Positions 55,645 through 64,000 of a DNA stretch of 64,000 nt are shown here, one piece after another. The DNA is from Eledone cirrhosa (Eukaryota). Below the pieces are notes generated by a model. That model saw only the letters and a program-made list of their open reading frames with translations. It was not told where the DNA came from and made no database searches. The translations under genes and the position numbers were made by a program. Position 1 is the stretch's first letter; each line of letters begins with the position of its first letter. Location: the NCBI GenBank assembly GCA_964016885.1, contig OZ024741.1, positions 160,766,001 through 160,830,000 on the forward strand. The letters run 5' to 3'.

Positions 55645-57730
55645 AGTGGCACTCCAAAAGACTACTGAATGAGGAGAATGCATAGGAAGAAGAAAGTTTG
55701 CCACATGTTGATCCAACAGAGGGACCAGCTGTACAAGTCAGCAGTGGTATAGTACGTAAGGCAATCAAGGATATGAAGTCAGGCAGGGCAGCTGGACCCT
55801 CAGGGATAGTTGCTGAGTTACTGAAAGCAATAGGAATAGTGGGCCACACCATAGTCTCCCACATTGTAAACCAAGTAATATAAAATGGTGTCATACCCAA
55901 TGACTAGTGCAGCAGCAGTATCAACTGTTACAAGGGCGAAGGTGATGCTCTAGAAAGAGAAAACTATAGAGGCATTAAGTTGGTTGACCAGGTTATGAAG
56001 GTCACAGAAAGAGTCATAGCACAACTGATGAGGGAACAAGTTAAACTAGATGAGATACAGTTTGGATTTGTACCAGGTAAAAGTACCACAGATGCCCTCT
56101 TCCTTGTAAGATAACGGCATAAAAAGTACCTGGCTAAAGGTAAACCCCTCTACTTGGCTTTTTTTACCCGTAGAAAGCTTTTGAGAGAGTCCCCCGTTCC
56201 AGTATCTTGCGGGCTCTTAGAAAACTAGGAGTAGACGAGTGGCATGTGAGGGCAGTAAAAGCCATGTACAGAGGAAGTCAGCAAGGTAAAAAATAACAAT
56301 GACTGTAGCGAAGAATTTAACATGCAGGTTAGTGTTCATCAGGGCTCAGTTCTTATCCCTCTCTTGTTTATTATCATGCTGCAAGCAATAACAGAAGAGT
56401 TTAAGACTGGCTGCCCATGGGAACTCCTATATGCAGATGACCTAACTCTTATAGCTGAATTAGAGAAGAAATTCCAAACCTGGAAGCATGACCTAGAATC
56501 AAAACGTCAACTTGGTAAAGACTAAAGTTCTAGTAAGTGGAAAGGAAAACAGGACCCTGATCTCCTCAGGGAAATGGCCCTGCTCATTGTGCAGGAAAGG
56601 AGTAGGTAGAAATTCTATCCTATGACCCAAAAGCAAATTATGGGTACACAAGAGATGTAGTGCGGTCTCAGGCAGGCTAACAAAGAATGTAGGTTTTACA
56701 TATGACCAGTGCACAGGGAGAGTATATAGCAGGAGCTCCCAGGATACAATCTCCTTCAAATGCCCAGAGGGCTCTGTAGAAGTGGTAGATAGTTTCTGTT
56801 ACCAGGGTGAGAAAATCAGCAGTGGAGGAGAGTGTTCCGAAAGCACAGTAGCCAGAGTGAGATTGGGTTGGAGTAAGTTCAGGGAGTTACTACTGCTGCT
56901 AACTATAAAAGGTTTCCCCCTCAAAATGAAAGGCAGACTGTATGATGCATGTATACGAACAAAAATGTTGCACAGTAGTGAGTTCTGAGTACTGTGTGCA
57001 GAGGACGTGCGAAGATTTGAAAGAAATTAAGCCTCCATGCTTCGATGGATGTGCAATATTAATATATGCAAACGGCAAAGCATAAACGAACTGCAAGAGA
57101 AATTAAGCATAAGAGGGATCAGATGCAGTATGCAGGAGAGTAGATTGCATTGATATCGACATGTGATGCATATGAAGCATGACAGCTGTATAAAAAGGTG
57201 CAAAGCACTCGAAGTTGGCAGAACCCATGGAGTGGGCAGGTCTAGGAAGACTTGGGATGAGGTAATAAAAGCTAACTTTGCACAGATATACCACGTTAAG
57301 GCAATGACACAGGACCGTGATCTCTGGCGCTATGCAGTAATACAGAAGACCCACCCTCCCATATGCATGAGCTGAGGCATATATCTAGTATGCACCACTT
57401 TCCCTCGTTGTAATCATCCCACCCCTATACTTATCTCCCCAATTCCCCAGGTATCTTCTCCACTCAAGTCCCCAACCCACACCATAAACTGGTCACCCTG
57501 GAGCCACGACAAAAGTGCCTAGTCTACACTGTAAAGTGGTCATGTAGGTGTCACAATAAAAAGCACCCAACACACACTGTGAATGTGGTTGGCATTATGA
57601 AGAGCATCCAGCTGTAGAAACCAAACCCAAATCAGTTCAGTGTGAGCGAAACACGGCCCTTCGACCTGGGACAGCCCATCCTACCCATACTAACTAGCAT
57701 GGGATATGGACGTTAAACGATAATGATGAC
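55645..57730 (+). mobile_element. Degenerate RTE LINE (older relative of the 14259 family)
   Basis: GRAAGPSG, HQGSVL, LYADD, decayed PHD and many stops; UTR and tail present. Confidence 0.92.
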
Positions 57731-58081
57731 ACATACAGGTGAAATGTTACTTTTGGGGATTAGTTGGACTATTATTCAACTTAGTAACCTATACATATGA
57801 ACAGTAGAATACATATTAAGTAAATTTATAGAAAAGCACACGCTGGGAAATTTCTTTTCCTAAGTTTTTCAGTGTGTTTTCAAATAATCTGACCTCCATC
57901 TCATTCGCCATCACCATTTCCTCACTAGAATCAAAAGTGGGGAGAAGGGGAACCTCGGAATTTCATATCCTGTGAGTTACAGATAAGCACCCATCTGCCG
58001 TTTGGTGAAAAATGATTTGTTTCCTTTTTTTCCTCTATATGTTCGTTTATATCTCTACACCAGTTTGACGAAGACTCACAC

Positions 58082-58159
<78 letters not shown>

Positions 58160-59946
58160 AGACTCAGATGGCGAGCTTTTCATTTTGATAAATCTGATGC
58201 GAAAGAGAATATTTCCAATCTTGATAGAATCTTCAAATCCCAAAAGAATCCACCTTCCAACAAACTATTAATGGAATTTGAAAATGAGATTATCTCTATC
58301 ATACAAAGCATTAAATGTAAGAAAAACAACTTCGTAGGCCAGGATTACCTAAGAAATCTCAAAAATAATATAGAAAGCTTTGAAAAAACGGAAAAAAATT
58401 CTAGTTAAATCAGATAAAACCAACAATCTTTATGGAATGCAAAAGGATAATTACAACGATCTTATATTGAAGGAACTAAGGAAGAATTACAAAAGAGCAA
58501 CCAGTGATGACCTTGAAAAACTAAATACGGAAGCTTCTTATATAATGCAGGAATTAGGCATCGAAAATAGGACTCAACCCCTCATACCTAGGAAACCAAA
58601 AATTAATATGAAGGACCATAAAAGAAATTTTGAAATTGAATTACCAGTTAGATTGATTGCATCATCTAAATTGGACCTTGGCATACTTAGCAAGAATATT
58701 TTAGACAGAATCATACCACAAATTAAAGAATTATCTTATTTAAAATTATGGAAAGGGACTAACGAAGTTATCGACTGGTTTAAGGACATTAAATATAAGT
58801 ATAATAATAAATTTATTCAATTGGATATTGCTAATTATTACTATTCTATCACTCATAATCTACTTAATAAAGCCCTGACATATGCATTTAAATAGTAATG
58901 AAATGCACATTATCTTAACTTCACGTAAAACATTAATTAAATTTAACAACCACCTAAGGACTAGAGCAGACAGAGATAGTAATTTTGATATTACTATGGG
59001 GTCATTCGATTCGGCACAAATAACGGATCTTGTGGGGGCTTTTTATTAATAATACTTTACATAGGAAAATACCGGAGATGACCGGTGGTTTATATCGGGA
59101 CGATATGCTATTACTTATTGAAAATAATAATAATTGTGAAATAAATAGGAAAAGAAAAGAAATTATACAATTTTTTAATTGCCTTAATCTTAAAGTAGAA
59201 GTAGAGAATAATTATAAAATAGTTAATTTTCTAGATGTAACTTTAAACCTTAACACTGGTCTTTATTATCCATTTCATAAAATAAATGAGAATCTAAACC
59301 ATGTTAACTTTAATTCCAATCACTCCAGATCCGTTCAAAACACTATAGTAAATTCTGTACAGCAACGTATTTCTAGAATTTCAGCCAATAAGAATATGTT
59401 TGAAGATAAGGCACAATATTATAACGAAGCGTTACGTAGAGCAGGCTATAGTAATAAAATTAAATACATTGATAATAAGGATGTGCCAACTAACCATAAC
59501 TATAAATATTATAATAGAAAACCTTACAATAACTCGAAAACCAAAAGACGAAATAGAACTAGAAATATATTATGGTTCGCTCCCCTTTCTCATTAAGTAT
59601 TAAAACTCCTATTGCAAAATTATTCTTTAAAGCTCTAGATAAATGCTTTCCTAGAACACATAGGTATTACTCAATATTTAATTGACATACTATTAAATTA
59701 TCATATTCCACCACTATGAATTTAGCGCAGAATATTAATAGAATTAATAATAGAAACTTAAAACCTAACTAGAATACCATTAATACCCCTAGCAATATCC
59801 AATATAATGGTACGGCTCCCAGTAATTTAAATTTAGATAAATGTAACTAGAAATAAATCTAACTGTCCTCTAAATAATAATTGTTTAGTTAAAAATATAC
59901 TATACAATTGCAATGTAAACTCCTTTAATTATGTAGGCTCTACCTC

Positions 59947-60583
59947 AGACTCAGAAGCTCCCGCGTCTTGCGACGCATGAGGCAATCATAGTGTTCCATC
60001 GCGTTCGGTCAGCAGCCAGTTGCACAGCGTCCCGCCATTGTCTGTTTGTCGCTCGCATGTCCCTCTCAACTGTCTGGCGCCAGTTCATTTTGGGTCGCCT
60101 TCTCCGTCTGCTTCCCTGCGGGCTCCACTTAAGTACTTGGTTCGCCAGTCTCTCCGGGGGAAGTCTCAAAGCGTGTCCAAACCAGCCCAGGCGTCGCTTG
60201 CAGATGGTAGAAGAGACTAGCTGCTGGTTGGTGCGGATTCTGACTTCCTTGTTTGTTACATGGTCACTCCATTTAATCCCCAGGATCTTTCGCAGACACC
60301 TGGAATCGAATGCGTCCAACTTCTTCTCTAGTCCAACTAGTGTCTTCATTGAACAGGGGGAGGTGGAGATAGTGGACAACTTCGCCTACCTAGGAAGCTC
60401 CATTAACAATGGGGGCACCATGGACAGTGAATTGCAATGTAGAATGGGAAAGGCTTCAGCAGCATTTAACCAGCTTGACAAGATCTGGAAGAGCAGGAAG
60501 TTCACCCTCAAAACAAAGATGAGATTCTACAACAGCAACGTGCTGTCCACACTCTTGTACGGAAGTGAAACATGGCACCTTAA
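59947..60583 (-). mobile_element. 5'-inverted RTE insertion into the PLE endonuclease, with a 10-bp TSD
   Basis: gctctacctc is duplicated at 59937-59946 and 60584-60593. 59947-60347 is the RT C-terminus on the - strand; 60347-60583 is the upstream RT part on the + strand. Confidence 0.92.
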
Positions 60584-62156
60584 GCTCTACCTCCACAGAC
60601 TTTAAGTCCCGTTTTAATAACCACAAATGTTCTTTTACGAATATTAGTAAAAAATCTTCAACTTCTCTATCTAACTTACTATGGGACCTGAAATCAAAGA
60701 ACATTAACTATTCTTTACTTTGGAATATTATCTCCAAAGCTCCTTCATACACTGCTTTATCCGAAAATTGCGCTCTTTGTGTCGAAGAAATATTCTTTAT
60801 ATTAAAAGTAAGAACTCTATTAATTTAAGGAATAATTTATTTAGTTCTTGCAAACATCGTTTAAATTCAACTTTTAAATATATATATAAAATGTAATATA
60901 AAACTTATCTCTTTTACATAATGTCTTCTATATCCATATGATTCATATACTTAACTTATTTTCTATTATCTCTACTTCACACATATATATTATTACACCT
61001 ATCGATAGATCATTAAATTCATTTATATGACTGCTTGAAACTACTTTAAGGAAACTTTTTTTCTTGATAAACTTACTGAAGGGTTTAAGAAAATCTTTTG
61101 AAAATTCCTTTGAAGAATATAGAAAAACTATATTTTTATATTCTTATATTTTTCAAAGTTTTTAATATATATATATCCAAATGTTTATATATATGTGATA
61201 AACATATAGTTTTTTTTGTGTGTATGTGTCGAGTAACCTATGGTTTATGCTTTAAATATATTCTGAAATTTTTTTATGCTTTATGCTTTAAATATATTCT
61301 TATGAAATGTTATAATTTTATAGCAAGTAAATTTATAAATTTATGACTTCGTATAAAATAACATAAGGTTCATGTTCTAATTACATTCTTAAGATAGAAA
61401 ATTTAACTTTTTAACTTCTTAACTTTATAGCATTTAATCCTTAGAGTCATCTGAGTTATTAATAAATCACTTATAACTTCCTTTACGCTTTACTGTTATT
61501 ATAATACAAATAAGTGGTTATTCTTTTATAAACTCTCGGAAATTTTTCCATAAATTTAGAATTATTTGGATATTTTAAATTTTTGACTTACAAATTTTAG
61601 TAATATATAATATATATTTTTTAATAATATATAATATATATTTTTTTAATAATTTATAATCCTTAACATACACATTTAAACTAATTATTAAATTATTAAT
61701 TAAACCTTTAATCAAATTTTTTCAACCTTTCATTATAAATAGTATAATCAAAACAACGAATCCTGCTTCATTATTCCTCCACGCTACCCTCATTTCTTCG
61801 TTTCTTCTTCTTTCCTCTCACGTAAACATACTTACGCTGTATTTGTCCTTTATAACTAATATTTTCTCTCACTTAAATATAATCATGCTCTCCTCTCTTC
61901 ACACTATTTCCACTTACAAAAATATATATAATCATTCCTTCTTTTTCTTTCTTTTTCTCTCTCTCCCTTCTTCCAACAGTTTAATTTAAATAAACCGTTA
62001 TCTTTTAAACCTTTCGGACACACATTTGCATACTCAATCATAACATTCTATCACCCTCAATAAATGTAATATCTCCACTATCCAGGAAGCTCCAACTGTT
62101 AAGGTTGTCTTTTTTCAGGGTATGTCAATATTTATTTATAAAACTAATCTGTATTG

Positions 62157-62222
62157 TATTTTATCTGATGAAAGCGCACCATAATGTGCCTTGGTGGCCC
62201 TTGAAATATGTATAATAAAATA
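62157..62222 (+). ncRNA. Type-I hammerhead ribozyme at the PLE 3' end
   Basis: tattttat CTGATGA aagcgcacc...ggtggccctt GAAA tatgta TA ataaaata; perfect 8-bp stem I. Confidence 0.85.
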
Positions 62223-62689
62223 AATATAGTTTTATAAATATAGTTTCCATTTGTTAATATATTATATATATATATATATATTTATATTTAGCAAGTGTTT
62301 GTGTTTATGTGATTGAATCCATAGCAAGTGAGTGAAGTATGTCTCAGTGAGTCAAGAGAATTGTTGCTATGAAGTATTGCCATAATCGATGAATCCAGTA
62401 ATTGTAGTTGCTTGTTGTGGTGGTGAGAATATACAAATGAACAAGACACTGCTAATCTTTTAGAAAGAGGCCATGTAGCCGGTAAGAGTGTCAGACACCA
62501 TGAGTTGCGGACGGGGTTAAGACAATTTGAAATCTTTACCACCATTAATTGTTAAAAAACAAATTAAAATCATTTAGTCGTTCATTCGTAACGTACGTTA
62601 CGCTTTAGTTACATACACACACATCTACATGTAAATACATAAACAGATACAAACAACAGAAGAAAGGGGTTGGTGAAACGCTATAGCGA

Positions 62690-63556
62690 TGTGTGTTGCG
62701 TCCCTTAAGAGTTTACCGGCTACATAGCCTATTCGTATGATTGGCGGCGTGATTTACTCTCAAATCATGGGCAATAATGAACAAACAGAAAGGTCTTTTA
62801 ATATATTACCATGTATATTTATGATGTCTTTAATGTAGAATCTAAAAGTAGTGAATCCTACTAATCTTAGTTGAACTTGGTATACCTGGCCGGAACTGCC
62901 TAGCCAACTTGGAAGCGGGTTTGTCTGTGGCAGAACGAAGAAGTTGACTGACTTGGGGGGGGGGGGGGGTCAACATTTCTAGTATTTATAAGGATGGGTT
63001 GCCTAGAAACACGAAACATAGTCTTTGATAATTTCCGTTTAAACAAAGGCCGTAAATCTAAACGGTGACAACAAAGGAATTGTTATTTAAGAGGTTAAAG
63101 GTTAATGTGTGTTGATATGTGACTATTTGATATGTGTGTTGCGTCCCTTAAGAGTTTACCGGCTACATAGCCTATTCGTATGATTGGCGGCGTGATTTAC
63201 TCTCAAATCATGGGCAACAGAAAGGTCTTTTAATATATTACCATGTATATTTATGATGTCTTTAATGTAGAATCTAAAAGTAGTGAATCCTACTAATCTT
63301 AGTTGAACTTGGTATACCTGGCCGGAACTGCCTAGCCAACTTGGAAGCGGGTTTGTCTGTGGCAGAACGAAGAAGTTGACTGACTTGGGGGGGTCAAAAT
63401 TTCTAGTATTTATAAGGATGGGTTGCCTAGAAACACGAAACATAGTCTTTGATAATTTCCGTTTAAACAAAGGCCGTAAATCTAAACGGTGACAACAAAG
63501 GAATTGTTATTTCAGAGGTTAAAGGTTAATGTGTGCTGATATGTGACTATTTGATA
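62690..63556. repeat. Head-to-tail duplication of a ~430-bp unit
   Basis: 62690-63131 and 63132-63556 are nearly identical apart from a 12-nt indel, the poly-G length and a few substitutions. Confidence 0.95.
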
Positions 63557-64000
63557 ACAGATGTTTTATACACACACACATATATATATATATTCTAAAA
63601 AAATTAGTCGCTTCCGATTGAGTTGCGAGTCAGATTAGTTGAAAACAGGAAAAAAAAATCAAAATCAACTATTTCTCACCGAACCCCAACGGGTGCTTTT
63701 CTATAAATTTACCGAAATGGAATATTAGTTATCCCGTTCGTAAAACAATGGGATATGTAATAACTACTCTAGTACAAAATAATACATTGAAGTATTTTAT
63801 TCATCCTTCTGCGCAGTCGAAATGTTTTGTTTTTCTTCATTCTGAGAAAGCCCATGTACCATTCAGTGGACTAAATCCAACTCAGAAGTTGCAACGGACC
63901 GACAGATAGTGGTACCAGAAATGGGAAGACCAAAGACTAATGGAAAATATTGTTTCCTTCTTCCTAAATACCGCTTTTGCAAAATTTGGCTGGTGGGTAA

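Larger units (their letters stand above)
58160..62262 (+). mobile_element. Penelope-like element (RT plus GIY-YIG, disrupted) with a long AT-rich 3' region ending in a hammerhead
   Basis: KSDKTNN, PVRLI, LDIANYYYSI, FDITMGSFDSA, GLYRDD, FLDVTL; CPLNNNCLVKNILY...YVGSTSTDFKSRFNNHK. Confidence 0.93.

Noticed and set aside
63156-63470. 104-aa minus-strand ORF in the duplicated unit
   Set aside because: It has no recognisable motif or splice structure, and the sister copy differs by indels.
63850-64000. Possible first coding exon at the window end
   Set aside because: It is short and unrecognisable, and cannot be joined to anything within the window.

Overview
AT-rich, repeat-dense animal genomic DNA, most likely from an octopod cephalopod. 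This assignment is inferred from octopus-type tRNA SINEs, RTE LINEs with (GAT)n tails and very long (TA)n/(TACA)n microsatellites. Two spliced + strand protein-coding genes can be rebuilt by hand. (1) LSM7 has 4 coding exons at 18566-26521 and encodes 139 aa, with a probable N-terminal polyglutamine extension. (2) An unnamed secreted protein has 4 coding exons at 43061-53751 and encodes 344 aa: a signal peptide, an aromatic-rich N-terminal region and a divergent vWA domain. Most of the rest is retroelements: a full-length but disrupted L1/Tx1-like LINE with a target-site duplication (TSD), many RTE copies with a PHD finger inside the RT, Penelope-like elements (PLEs), a CR1/L2-type 3' fragment, SINEs and MITEs. 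The most striking unexplained structure is a dense set of about 10 type-I hammerhead ribozyme (HHR) motifs, several with an unusual U-U base to stem II. They lie mostly on short PLE-terminus-like fragments next to (TA)n tracts, and several are folded back into inverted repeats. There is also a ~1.35 kb near-perfect intronic palindrome. All coordinates and folds were worked out by eye, and element boundaries are approximate.
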